DNA of 64,000 bases. Source: a candidate division WWE3 bacterium (lineage in GTDB: Bacteria > Patescibacteriota > WWE3 > UBA101185 > UBA10185). The stretch is from assembly GCA_016182565.1 (NCBI GenBank), contig JACPGI010000003.1, positions 5,280-69,279 of the forward strand, read 5' to 3'. Each line of letters opens with the position of its first letter. Position 1 is the first letter of the stretch. The notes under the pieces were generated by a model, which saw only the letters and a program-made list of their open reading frames with translations, did no database searches and was not told where the DNA came from. A program made the position numbers and the translations under genes. Below, one piece after another: positions 9,413 through 18,547 of this stretch.

Positions 9413-10124
9413 TATAAGTATGATTTATATACTGCATGGTGATGATGCTTCGTCTTCTAGAGATTTTATACTTAGCCTCCAAGATCAAAATAAAGTAACA
9501 AAAAAAACTGAAGTAACCTTTGATGGGATAGATTTAACAGCCTTAAAGATTGAGTTGAGTGCCCTAGATATGTTTAGCGAGTCCAGGATGTTGGTTTTGG
9601 ACATGTCTAAAGTCGGAAAAAGTAATGTCGATAGTTTAATTGAGGTCTTGGAGAACGTGCCTTGCGATTTACTTCTTGTGATTTTTACAAACAAAGAACT
9701 TTCAAAGGTTAATCCTTTTATAAAAGCAGCACTCAAACTAAAAGCAAAAGTTATGGAGTTTAAGAAAAGGCCTTCTGCAAATATTTTTGCGTTTGTAGAT
9801 GCTGTGTTTGATAAAAACAGGCCCCAAGCCTTCAAAGAGTTACAAAAATTACTTCTTATGGGTGAGGATGCAGTGTATCTTATTACCATGTTGTCGTATG
9901 GGCTAAGAAATGTAGCTTATGCTAAGTTTAATTCCCCGTTATTTGAAAAGATTCCACCTTTTAATAAAGGAAAAGTTAGAGCTCAGGCTGCAAAGTTTTC
10001 AGAGAGTGGCGTTGTAAGTTTAATCGAGCAGTTTTATGAAATGGATCGAGGAGTTAAATTTGGTGATTTTGATCCTAATGTAGTTATTCCAATGGCACTA
10101 GAAAAGGTAATGGCTTCCCGGTGA
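9402..10124 (+). CDS. holA: DNA polymerase III delta subunit-like (clamp-loader delta)
   Basis: N-terminal IYILHGDD... pattern typical of HolA and a size of 240 aa. Moderate similarity only. Confidence 0.5.
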   Translation: MVNNISMIYILHGDDASSSRDFILSLQDQNKVTKKTEVTFDGIDLTALKIELSALDMFSESRMLVLDMSKVGKSNVDSLIEVLENVPCDLLLVIFTNKELSKVNPFIKAALKLKAKVMEFKKRPSANIFAFVDAVFDKNRPQAFKELQKLLLMGEDAVYLITMLSYGLRNVAYAKFNSPLFEKIPPFNKGKVRAQAAKFSESGVVSLIEQFYEMDRGVKFGDFDPNVVIPMALEKVMASR

Positions 10125-10148
10125 TATAAAGGTGCTAACATATATTTA

Positions 10149-11006
10149 ATGACTTACTTCTCACCGACTAAATATATAAAAGATGAATCAAGGGACCCAA
10201 TATATTCAGTGATGAACAAGAGATTCTTTTTCGCCTCGTCAGTCTACCCATTTGTATTTGTGATTTTGGGCATATTCTTTACGGTAACTCAGATCGTGAT
10301 ACCAATTGTTGCTTTGGAAACAACTGATGAAACCTCGAAGTCCGTTTCCAAGTCAGTTTTAGGTATAGTGAGCGGATTTAGAAAATTTGAGTTCAATGAA
10401 CTTTCTTTTAAGTACGACAAAAGTAGAGACACTAACAAACTTTTGAATGGCTCTGGGGCGAAAGATTTAGAAAAATTGTTTGGCAAATCTACCTCAAACA
10501 TAGTTGCCAATATAAATTCTATAAATGATGTCTCAAGTGTTTTGGGCGCTTCTAATACCGGAATTGATATAAATGCCCCTGAGTTTTACTACCTAACTAT
10601 TCCAAAACTTGGAATCTCAAAAGCAAGAGTTGAGAGTAAACCTGCCAACTTGGATCCTGACAAAGCCCTTGGGCATTATGTGGGATCTGCTTTTCCCGGA
10701 GAGGTTGGAAATGCGTTTATTTATGGCCATTCTGTACTACCAGCTTTTTATAACCCCAAAAATTATAAATCAATATTCTCGACTTTAAGCAGTTTAGATG
10801 TTGGGGATAAGTTTACAATTGACTATAACAATAAAACATATACATATTCTGTGGAAGGTAAAAAGACATTAAAACCGGAGCAGGTTGACCCATTAGCTAC
10901 TTTTAAGCCTGGGTATTTAAGTGAATCTACAGTTACACTGATGACTTGTTCACCGGCAGGTACAAAGCTAAAAAGACTTTTAGTATATGCGAGCTTGGTG
11001 GAGTAG
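10149..11006 (+). CDS. Sortase (transpeptidase) with N-terminal membrane anchor
   Basis: Catalytic TLMTCSP (TLxTC), conserved His (IYGHSVL), C-terminal Arg, and an N-terminal TM. Confidence 0.8.
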   Translation: MTYFSPTKYIKDESRDPIYSVMNKRFFFASSVYPFVFVILGIFFTVTQIVIPIVALETTDETSKSVSKSVLGIVSGFRKFEFNELSFKYDKSRDTNKLLNGSGAKDLEKLFGKSTSNIVANINSINDVSSVLGASNTGIDINAPEFYYLTIPKLGISKARVESKPANLDPDKALGHYVGSAFPGEVGNAFIYGHSVLPAFYNPKNYKSIFSTLSSLDVGDKFTIDYNNKTYTYSVEGKKTLKPEQVDPLATFKPGYLSESTVTLMTCSPAGTKLKRLLVYASLVE

Positions 11007-11015
11007 TTTGAAATT

Positions 11016-11480
11016 TTAACTTTTCTTGAGTATTTCGTTCTCAAAGCCCTCTATAGCAAGTTTTCTCGGACCTACCATCAAAAGGTAAAGCGCAATTGCA
11101 AAAAACCCACCTGCTAACAAAGCTCCGGAAAGTGTTTCGGAGCCGGTGTCAGGTACGCTAGATTGAGTTGACTCAGAAGCAGCACCCAAAACCCCAACAA
11201 CGGCAGTTTTAGCATTTACTGGTTTTTGAGATATTTCACTGAAAACACTTGGCTGAGTATCTAAAGCTAACTTGCCACCAGCCATATCCTGTGATGATGT
11301 AGTTCCTGCAACTTCCTGTTTTGGAGTTTGTACTACTACGGCTTTTTCGCTATTCTCTATATCTACATTTCCTGAAACATCAGAAATTAGATAATATATG
11401 GCACTAAATGCGACAAGTGAAATACTCAAAGTTATTACAAAAGTCTTAAATCCGTTTTGTGCTTGTGTTTCATAATTCAT
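11016..11480 (-). CDS. Small predicted sortase substrate (signal peptide, Ser/Thr/Gln-rich stalk, VPDTG sorting signal, hydrophobic segment, basic tail)
   Basis: C-terminus SSVPDTGSETLSGALLAGGFFAIALYLLMVGPRK is an LPXTG-like cell-wall sorting signal. The gene is convergent with the sortase. Confidence 0.6.
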   Translation of the reverse strand: MNYETQAQNGFKTFVITLSISLVAFSAIYYLISDVSGNVDIENSEKAVVVQTPKQEVAGTTSSQDMAGGKLALDTQPSVFSEISQKPVNAKTAVVGVLGAASESTQSSVPDTGSETLSGALLAGGFFAIALYLLMVGPRKLAIEGFENEILKKS

Positions 11481-11659
11481 GGCAGGTTATTTACTTTCTA
11501 AATTACTTAAAAACTCTACGTCTATTCTACCACTAATGGGTAGGGATATTTCAAGTAGATTCTTTGAGATGTATGTCTTTTCTAAAACTACCTTGGTTTG
11601 TAATACAATCCAGGAGGTTAACGCCAATATTGTAACTAAAACAACTAACATTACTTGTT

Positions 11660-12223
11660 TCATAAAATGTATGTTTGTACTTTCATTTGCAAAATAGATG
11701 CATCCTTCGTTTTATTTTTTTCTGTTCTTATCCAGTCTATTTTAGTAAAACGTTCCATTTGTTCTACTGCTTCCACCATCTCAGGAAGTTGTAATAACGA
11801 TCCCACTAACTCCACACTTATTGATATTTCCCCTTTTTCCACACCAATTAGATTTACACGATTTACAATAAACCCGGATTTAGATGTGGCCATAATAAAT
11901 TCTTCTAAAAATTTATCAAAATCTACTTTGAACGGTAATTTTTTATTTAAAACAAAAACCCCCTCCCCATTGTCCCTAAGAAGTATTTCCCCCCCCTCAG
12001 TCTTTCTATTTTTCTCAAGCATAATTCTTTCTATGTTTAATAATTCTTTTTTGTACTTGATGTTTTTGGCTAAATTCTCTGACGCAGGTTTTATCCCAAA
12101 AAGTAAAGATACAAAAATAAGAATTGTGGCAAGTGCAGAAGTAAAGATTACGTTGTTTAAGGGTTTATTTTCTATTTCTCGTTCGTATGTTGCTAAAAAT
12201 TTTGACCCTAAAATAAAACTCAT
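11660..12223 (-). CDS. PilO-like bitopic membrane protein (TM, coiled coil, alpha/beta domain)
   Basis: The layout (single TM, coiled coil, C-terminal globular domain) matches type IV pilus PilO. Sequence similarity is weak. Confidence 0.35.
   Translation of the reverse strand: MSFILGSKFLATYEREIENKPLNNVIFTSALATILIFVSLLFGIKPASENLAKNIKYKKELLNIERIMLEKNRKTEGGEILLRDNGEGVFVLNKKLPFKVDFDKFLEEFIMATSKSGFIVNRVNLIGVEKGEISISVELVGSLLQLPEMVEAVEQMERFTKIDWIRTEKNKTKDASILQMKVQTYIL
11989..11996. repeat. Homopolymeric C8/G8 tract inside the coding sequence of the PilO-like gene
   Basis: CCCCCCCC on the plus strand is GGGGGGGG on the coding strand (TEGGEIL). It is unusual in this AT-rich genome and is a candidate slipped-strand site. 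Confidence 0.5.
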
Positions 12224-12810
12224 TTTAGTGTTAACTCCAATGTTGAAATAAATTTTTTGTTTGCAATGCTTAAATAGGCCGTTTTTATACTAATTTCTTG
12301 GGCTATATTATTTTCTAAAAGGGAACTAATTATTGCAGAGACTTCCAGAGGATTTTCAGTCTCAGTTGATATTTGAATCACACTTGGCCTTATATCTAGC
12401 TTTGAAAGCACTTCCGGATTTGGCGTGTACTTAAATAATTTAAATACGGTATCTGCAAGTCGTGGCGAAGTTTTTTCCAGTTTTTTTAATTTAGTAATTT
12501 TGTCTATTACGATTTGAATTTCTTGGCTCTGTTTACTCCTTATTGTAAGACTTGTTTCCAACGCTCTTACATTTTTTTCAAGAACGGAAACATCGGCTGC
12601 TATTCTTGAATTTATAGCAATAAAGACCAGAAAGACTACTTGAATAATCACTACTAGTATTTTTACTACTGTGGCAAATTTAATATGATACCGTTCAATT
12701 ATTGGAATCACCGAGTTTGTAGAAAGAGAGTGGAGTAGATTAGGACTTCTTGTTGGTTGAAGCTTTTGATTTTCTTGCTGGTTTTGATTCTTTGATTGGT
12801 TTTGATCCAT
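12220..12810 (-). CDS. PilN-like or FtsL-like bitopic membrane protein (short cytoplasmic N-terminus, TM, long coiled coil)
   Basis: Called from the layout only. The annotated N-terminus overlaps the rpsT 3' end, so the real start is probably downstream. Confidence 0.3.
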   Translation of the reverse strand: MDQNQSKNQNQQENQKLQPTRSPNLLHSLSTNSVIPIIERYHIKFATVVKILVVIIQVVFLVFIAINSRIAADVSVLEKNVRALETSLTIRSKQSQEIQIVIDKITKLKKLEKTSPRLADTVFKLFKYTPNPEVLSKLDIRPSVIQISTETENPLEVSAIISSLLENNIAQEISIKTAYLSIANKKFISTLELTLK

Positions 12811-13069
12811 TGGCAGTTATCTTTTTTGCATAATTAGATTTGACTCTATTTGCTTTATTTCTGTGAATTATTTGCTCTTTGACAGCTTTATCAAGTATTT
12901 TTTGAAGAACTGATAATTCTTTGATAATTATATCAGCATTACCCCCATCTTTAATAATATTGACTAGGTTTTTTTCTGCAGACGCAATCCTTCTTTTCCA
13001 GAACAGATTATGCTCTTTTTTCTTGCTGCTGCTTCGTATTGCTTTTTTTGCTGATGCTGTGTTTGCCAC
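12740..13069 (-). CDS. rpsT: 30S ribosomal protein S20 with C-terminal basic extension
   Basis: MANTASAKKAIRSSSKKKEHN N-terminus typical of S20. Confidence 0.85.
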   Translation of the reverse strand: MANTASAKKAIRSSSKKKEHNLFWKRRIASAEKNLVNIIKDGGNADIIIKELSVLQKILDKAVKEQIIHRNKANRVKSNYAKKITANGSKPIKESKPARKSKASTNKKS

Positions 13070-13222
13070 GGCGTAAATATACAGGCGGGACAGGGGTTTG
13101 TAAAGGTGGAGTTCAATCCCTTATTCTACATTACCGTAAAAGCTACAAAATGCTTTGGGGGTTTAGCTTTTGTAAGTTCTGGGGGTTGCTTTTAACTTCT
13201 GGAGCCATTATCTTGTAGTAGC

Positions 13223-14875
13223 ATGGTCGGACAAGCTTTAGAAAATGGAAAAAAATTTCTTATGAGTACACAAAAAAGCATATTATCGGCGGCTTTTATC
13301 ATAAGTATTACTTATGGACTTTCTGCAATTTTAAGCCTTTTTAGATCTAGGCTTCTTGCCTCCCACTTTGGTATTTCTGATGATTTAACTATCTTTTATA
13401 CTGCGGATAAGATTCCAAGTCTTATTTATTCTTTGATTGTTCTTGGCACGATTTCCACAGTTTTTATTCCGGTGTTTACCGAACTCTTAGTCAAAGATAA
13501 AGAGGATGCATGGCGTACGGCGTCATCAATTGTGAATTTAGCGCTGGTTGTATTTTTTCTATTAGGTAGTATTGTTGCGATATTTGCTCCAGAAATTATT
13601 CAACTACTCTCTGTTGGACGATTTACTACCTCCCAAAATCAACTTGGTGCTGGGCTTATGCGCGTCATGATTTCAGCGCAGTTTATTTTGGTGATAAGTA
13701 GTTTTGTGACAAGTTTATTACAGTCGTTTAAACACTTTGTACTTCCAGCCCTAGCTCCGATTTTTTATAACGTAGGAATGATTTTAGGTATTGTTTTATT
13801 AACACCGTTTTATGGTATTTATGGTCCGGCTTACGGGGTTTTTATTGGGGCACTACTCCATCTTTTAATTCAACTCCCACTTCTCCCAAAAATAAAACTA
13901 AAATACGCTTTCATTTTTGATTTTAAAGAAAAAGGGGCAAAAGAGATTTTTAGTTTGATCCCCTCAAGACTGCTTGGTTCTGTATTAATCCAATTTTCCG
14001 GAATTTTGACAAATACTTTAGCAATATTAATTTCAAATTCTGCTGTGGTTGTATATAAATTTGCAGATCAATTACAGTCTTTTCCAGTAAATTTATTTGG
14101 TGCATCAATGGCACTTGCGGCTCTTCCCACACTTTCTACAGAAGCTGCTTCAAAAAATAAGCAAGAATTTAAGAAAACTTTTCTCACGTCGTTTCATCAA
14201 ATGATGTATCTTGTAATACCGGCAAGTGTGATTTTGTTGGTTTTACGAGTACCTGTTGTTCGTATTGTTTTTGGGGCTAGAGAATTTCCTTGGGACGCCA
14301 CACTTGAAACTGCTGCAACTCTTGGTTTATTTAGTATTTCTATTTTTGCTCAAAGTGCCGTGTTTTTGGTAACCCGTGCTTTTTATGCATTGAAAGACAT
14401 GTCTACTCCAGTAAAAGTCAATGCCCTCACTGTATTTTTAAGTTTTACATTGTCATTGTTTTTTGTAAAAAGTATGGGGCTTGGTGTTTGGTCTCTGGCT
14501 ATTTCCTACACAGTAGGATCACTTCTCGACTTACTTTTACTTATGCATATATTGGATAAAAAGGTCGAACATTTTGCAAGAAAAGATCTTTTTGTACCAC
14601 TCGCGAAAATTTCGCTAGCTACGTTATTAATGGGTGTGTTTTTATATCTACCTATGAAGGCATTAGATGCATTTGTTTTTGATACTACAAGAACACTTCC
14701 CCTTGTTGCCTTGACTTTAATTGTCACTTTAGTTGGTGGTAGTGTATATCTGCTGTTAACTAAATTGCTAAAAGTCGAGGAGATTCAATTGTTTTATAAG
14801 CTACTCGCAAAGTTTGAGATAAAAAGGCTTAAAATTGACCCGATTTTAAGCGGTACTCAAAGAAACCCCTTATAG
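13223..14875 (+). CDS. murJ: Lipid II flippase MurJ (MviN)
   Basis: 550-aa polytopic membrane protein with a MurJ-like TM layout and conserved Arg and Pro positions. Confidence 0.8.
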   Translation: MVGQALENGKKFLMSTQKSILSAAFIISITYGLSAILSLFRSRLLASHFGISDDLTIFYTADKIPSLIYSLIVLGTISTVFIPVFTELLVKDKEDAWRTASSIVNLALVVFFLLGSIVAIFAPEIIQLLSVGRFTTSQNQLGAGLMRVMISAQFILVISSFVTSLLQSFKHFVLPALAPIFYNVGMILGIVLLTPFYGIYGPAYGVFIGALLHLLIQLPLLPKIKLKYAFIFDFKEKGAKEIFSLIPSRLLGSVLIQFSGILTNTLAILISNSAVVVYKFADQLQSFPVNLFGASMALAALPTLSTEAASKNKQEFKKTFLTSFHQMMYLVIPASVILLVLRVPVVRIVFGAREFPWDATLETAATLGLFSISIFAQSAVFLVTRAFYALKDMSTPVKVNALTVFLSFTLSLFFVKSMGLGVWSLAISYTVGSLLDLLLLMHILDKKVEHFARKDLFVPLAKISLATLLMGVFLYLPMKALDAFVFDTTRTLPLVALTLIVTLVGGSVYLLLTKLLKVEEIQLFYKLLAKFEIKRLKIDPILSGTQRNPL

Positions 14876-14895
14876 ATTCAGTTATCCTATAGTAT

Positions 14896-14924
14896 TTGAC
14901 TGGACGCTTCTTCTGCGATAAAAT
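14896..14924 (+). promoter_or_regulatory. Sigma70-like promoter TTGACT-N17-TAAAAT
   Basis: Perfect -35 and near-consensus -10 with a 17-nt spacer, followed by the RBS GAAGGAGAT and the ATG at 14942. Confidence 0.5.
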
Positions 14925-14941
14925 GACCTGAAGGAGATATC

Positions 14942-15247
14942 ATGAAAATCAAAATGTTACTAATTGGACTGGTTTTGTTTGCTGTGCTGGTTTCCGTTGG
15001 AGGATACATCGCTCTCCACAGAACAGAATCAGTTCTTTGGGCTGGGTGTTATACATACACTCAGAATGACCTGGAAACTGGGGAGTTCGGAAGGGCAGTT
15101 TTCACGTGCTCTTCAACCCTTTTAAATAAGGATGGAATTGTCTGGAATTCACCGGATTTCAACCTGGTGACGTTGAAGACAAATGAATTTCATGAGGTAT
15201 GGATTGGGGGAAATGAGGATCCTCGGATCCCCTTAAACGAAAAATAA
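14942..15247 (+). CDS. Hypothetical small secreted protein (101 aa), GC-shifted
   Basis: Signal peptide MKIKMLLIGLVLFAVLVSVGG. It has a strong promoter and RBS, a terminator hairpin downstream, and higher GC than its neighbours. Confidence 0.55.
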   Translation: MKIKMLLIGLVLFAVLVSVGGYIALHRTESVLWAGCYTYTQNDLETGEFGRAVFTCSSTLLNKDGIVWNSPDFNLVTLKTNEFHEVWIGGNEDPRIPLNEK

Positions 15248-15269
15248 AAAATAAATGAGCACAAAACTC

Positions 15270-15312
15270 GGGACGATTCTCCAAAAAAGAAGCGTCCCTT
15301 GTGTATTTATTC
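15270..15312 (+). terminator. Intrinsic terminator after the small secreted-protein gene
   Basis: GGGACG/CGTCCC stem with a 17-nt loop, followed by TTGTGTATTTATT. Confidence 0.4.
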
Positions 15313-15358
15313 CTAATTCTTTGACTATTTAGCCATATAACCGTGCTAAAATCCCATC

Positions 15359-17164
15359 ATGCAAAAATCTCATATAAGAAACTTCTGTATCATTGCACAT
15401 ATTGATCATGGTAAATCAACACTAGCTGATCGTTTTTTAGAAGTTACTGGAACAATTGACGCAAGACACCAAAAAGCCCAGATATTAGATAGCATGGAAC
15501 TTGAGCAAGAAAAGGGTATCACTATAAAACTAAAAGCTGTCCGCATGGCTTACAAAAAAGATAATCAAGAGTATCAGCTAAATTTAATAGACACTCCAGG
15601 GCACGTTGATTTTTCATATGAGGTTTCAAGATCACTCGCCGCTTGTGAGGGGGCTTTGTTAGTAGTCGATGCAACTCAAGGTATACAAGCACAAACTGTT
15701 TCAAATATTTATAAAGCACTTGATGCAAACCTAACTATCATTCCTGTAGTAAACAAAGTTGACCTCCCAAGTTCTGATGTCGAAAAAGTTATGAATGATA
15801 TGTGTGCTACTTTTGGTTTTGCAAAAGAAGAAATCATGAAAGTTTCTGCAAAAACCGGTGAAGGTGTAAGAGAACTTTTAGATCTTGTTGTAGATAAGGT
15901 TCCAGCTCCAGATGGTGATGAAGCGGCTAATCCAAGAGCTCTTATCTTTGATACTTTTTATGATGAATATCTTGGAGTTGTCGCAATTATAAAAGTAGAA
16001 GATGGGGCTTTTCCATATGATCTTATTGCAACAAGAAAAAGAATTAAATTTTTAGCTACTTCATCTGAATCAGTGCCTGAAGATATAGGGATACTCATAC
16101 CTACCAGAAAATCAATTGACGTTTTGTATACAGGTGAAGTGGGCTACATAGCAACTGGTTTTAAAGACATAAAGCAGGTTAAGGTAGGTGACACGGTTAC
16201 GATGGCAAGCGCTAAAAATGTAGAGTCACTTCCCGGATACAAAGAAATAAAGCCTTTTGTGTTTGTAAGCATTTTTCCCATAGATAATGATAGGTTTCCT
16301 GATTTGCGTGAAGCTTTGGATAAGTTGTCTTTGTCAGATGCATCTTTATCTTATGAACCAGAAAGCAGTAGTGCACTTGGTTTTGGTTTTAGATGTGGCT
16401 TTCTGGGATTGTTACATGCTGATATTATCCAGGAAAGATTAGAGCGTGAATATAACCTTCAACTTATTTCTACAATTCCATCAGTTGAATATGACCTAAC
16501 ATTAAATAATGGTGACAAGCTTGCTGTAAAAACTGCAAGCGATTTTCCTGATAGATCAAGAATCAAAGAGGTACGGGAACCAATAATTCTTTTGACAATT
16601 GTAACTCCAGCTTCTTATGTGGGTGGGGTTATAAAGCTTTGTGAGGGTCGAAGGGGAATCCAAAGAAAGATGGAATATCCAACACCAGAAAGAGTAATTT
16701 TTGAATATGAACTTCCGTTGATTGAGCTTGTTTATAATTTTTTTGACGAGTTAAAGACAGTGTCGTCCGGATTTGCAAGTTTGGATTATGAATTTTTGGA
16801 GTACTGCTTAGTAGATGTAGTTAAGCTTGATATCTTGGTACACAACGAAATAATAGATCCTTTGTCGAGGTTAGTTTTAAGAAGTAGGTCTGTTGAAAGT
16901 GGTAGAGAAATTTTGAAGAAATTAAAAGAAATATTGCCAAAACAACAATTTAAAGTTTCTTTGCAGGCTTCAATTGGCGGAAAAATTATAGCTCGTGAAG
17001 ATATATCCTCAGTTGGTAAAAATGTGTTGGCTAAGATGTCAGGAGGTCATAGAGAAAGAAAAGATAAGCTTCTTGAAAAGCAGGCCAAAGGTAAAGAAAG
17101 ACTTAAAAAGGTAGGTAAGGTGGATATACCACAAGAGGCGTTTAGACATATATTGGAGGCTTAA
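15359..17164 (+). CDS. lepA: Elongation factor 4 (LepA)
   Basis: AHIDHGKSTL G1 and DTPGHVDF G3 motifs in a 601-aa LepA layout. Confidence 0.95.
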   Translation: MQKSHIRNFCIIAHIDHGKSTLADRFLEVTGTIDARHQKAQILDSMELEQEKGITIKLKAVRMAYKKDNQEYQLNLIDTPGHVDFSYEVSRSLAACEGALLVVDATQGIQAQTVSNIYKALDANLTIIPVVNKVDLPSSDVEKVMNDMCATFGFAKEEIMKVSAKTGEGVRELLDLVVDKVPAPDGDEAANPRALIFDTFYDEYLGVVAIIKVEDGAFPYDLIATRKRIKFLATSSESVPEDIGILIPTRKSIDVLYTGEVGYIATGFKDIKQVKVGDTVTMASAKNVESLPGYKEIKPFVFVSIFPIDNDRFPDLREALDKLSLSDASLSYEPESSSALGFGFRCGFLGLLHADIIQERLEREYNLQLISTIPSVEYDLTLNNGDKLAVKTASDFPDRSRIKEVREPIILLTIVTPASYVGGVIKLCEGRRGIQRKMEYPTPERVIFEYELPLIELVYNFFDELKTVSSGFASLDYEFLEYCLVDVVKLDILVHNEIIDPLSRLVLRSRSVESGREILKKLKEILPKQQFKVSLQASIGGKIIAREDISSVGKNVLAKMSGGHRERKDKLLEKQAKGKERLKKVGKVDIPQEAFRHILEA

Positions 17165-17236
17165 AATTCTGTAATTTATATAATTTGGGTAACTAAGGTT
17201 TGATGTGGTGTGGAGTCATAGGATAGGTTTTAGTAC

Positions 17237-17272
17237 CATCCATCCCAAATCTTTTCAAGTTTGGGATGGATG
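17237..17272. terminator. 13-bp perfect hairpin, bidirectional terminator between lepA (+) and a zinc-ribbon gene (-)
   Basis: CATCCATCCCAAA / TTTGGGATGGATG arms with a 10-nt loop. Confidence 0.55.
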
Positions 17273-17297
17273 TGAAACAAGAACATATCGTTGAGGT

Positions 17298-17528
17298 TTA
17301 GGTCGGCTGTGAATCGGGAAGATCGTGAAGTGGATGGCCGCATTCGATGCAGAATTGGGCATCCGATTCGTTGGGGGTATCGCACTCTTCCCCGTTGACG
17401 GTGTGTCGGCAGATAACACTACCATGCTGTGTTCCAGATGCAAGAATGGCCGATTTGGATGCAAGAAGGGAGTTAGGATCCCCCGTTTGTAAACCTCTGG
17501 GTGGCCGAGCTATAGGAATGGTTGACAT
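17298..17528 (-). CDS. Double zinc-ribbon protein (76 aa), GC-rich
   Basis: CxxC...CxxC pairs (CRHTVNGEEC... and FCIECGH). There is a strong AAAGGAG RBS 9 nt before the ATG. GC is markedly above the genome background. Confidence 0.55.
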   Translation of the reverse strand: MSTIPIARPPRGLQTGDPNSLLASKSAILASGTQHGSVICRHTVNGEECDTPNESDAQFCIECGHPLHDLPDSQPT

Positions 17529-17724
17529 CTTCAGTTGCTCCTTTCGTTGGATTCACCTTCATCTTGTTAGATGAAAATTTGGTCGGATTATCTTCCTATT
17601 TTTTTGAATTGTAAATACACAAAACTTTCATGTTATTAACTATTGCTTATCAGTCCAATATTTGTTATAGGTTATTCAAGCTTTTTTTGTCCCATACGGT
17701 AAGAAACTAAAGGAGATGAGTCTC

Positions 17725-18462
17725 ATGACAAAAAAGATCAAAGGAAGGCGAATCAATTGGCTTTTGCTTTTTGGGGCTGCCGGTGCCGGAAAGGGCACAC
17801 AGGCAGCGAGGATTCGTGAAATTCTCGAAAAACATGGATTACGTGTGGCTTTGCTTGCTACTGGTGATCTGTTTCGTAATCCTCCTGGAACGCTGGATCG
17901 CGGTGTTGTATCACAAATCAGTGAGAACATGAAAAAAGGTGTGTTGGTAGACGATGCAGTTACCATGGTCATTGCTGGTGAGGCACTTAACGCCAAACTT
18001 GAGGAGGACCCTGACTGGGTGATATTGGATGGTTTGCCAAGAAATGTTTTTCAGCTTGCTGCGGTTTTGTTCGCCATGACCTCAATCGGACTGGCACATT
18101 TTTTCACATTTGAACTTGCAGTGGCCGACAGTCTTCTTATCCCACGTCTTCAAGGTCGAAAGACTTGTAAAAGTTGTGGTAAAGTCCATCCGGCCTCCAC
18201 TGATTTAGCAGGTGCATGTCCAAAATGTGGGAAGGTCACCTTGTTTATTCGCGATGACGATAGCAACCCAAAGTCAATCCGGAATCGCTTAGGTGACTAC
18301 AGGAAAACGATCTCAAGTGTTTTGGATGCGCTCAGAAAACTTATCTCAACACTTGAACTGAAAGATCGGTTCAGTGTGGAGACTGTTGATGGGTCGCTTC
18401 CGGAAGACTCTGTTACTGACCGCATTATCAAGCACCTTGATCTTCAAGACCAACCCGCTTAA
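17725..18462 (+). CDS. adk: Adenylate kinase with Cys4 zinc lid, GC-shifted
   Basis: GAAGAGKGTQA P-loop, LATGDLFR, ILDGLPR, the lid CKSCG...CPKCG, and RDDD. The second ATG at 17725 was chosen for its RBS spacing. Confidence 0.85.
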   Translation: MTKKIKGRRINWLLLFGAAGAGKGTQAARIREILEKHGLRVALLATGDLFRNPPGTLDRGVVSQISENMKKGVLVDDAVTMVIAGEALNAKLEEDPDWVILDGLPRNVFQLAAVLFAMTSIGLAHFFTFELAVADSLLIPRLQGRKTCKSCGKVHPASTDLAGACPKCGKVTLFIRDDDSNPKSIRNRLGDYRKTISSVLDALRKLISTLELKDRFSVETVDGSLPEDSVTDRIIKHLDLQDQPA

Positions 18463-18466
18463 ACAA

Positions 18467-18506
18467 GCGAAGTTCACCAGTGGCTTTCCCTGCTGGTGAA
18501 CTTTCG
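18467..18506 (+). terminator. Stem-loop after adk (14-bp stem, no clear U-tract)
   Basis: GCGAAGTTCACCAG / CTGGTGAACTTTCG arms. Confidence 0.35.
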
Positions 18507-18547
18507 ATACATCCCACTTCCATTTAATTTTTGGATATAAATCCCCA

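Noticed and set aside
11655-12251. Plus-strand 198-aa ORF overlapping the PilO-like gene
   Set aside because: It lies antisense to a better-supported minus-strand gene and has a low-complexity, hydrophobic composition typical of shadow ORFs.
13095-13125. GGAGTTCAATCCC, a T-loop-like motif in the rpsT/murJ divergent intergenic region, as a possible tRNA
   Set aside because: No acceptor stem, D-arm or anticodon arm can be formed on either strand, and the T-stem pairs poorly. It is most likely a chance match within a divergent promoter region.
17676-17996. Minus-strand 106-aa ORF overlapping the adk start
   Set aside because: It overlaps the well-supported adk, has no RBS and is Ala/Ser-rich, which is typical of GC-rich antisense frames.
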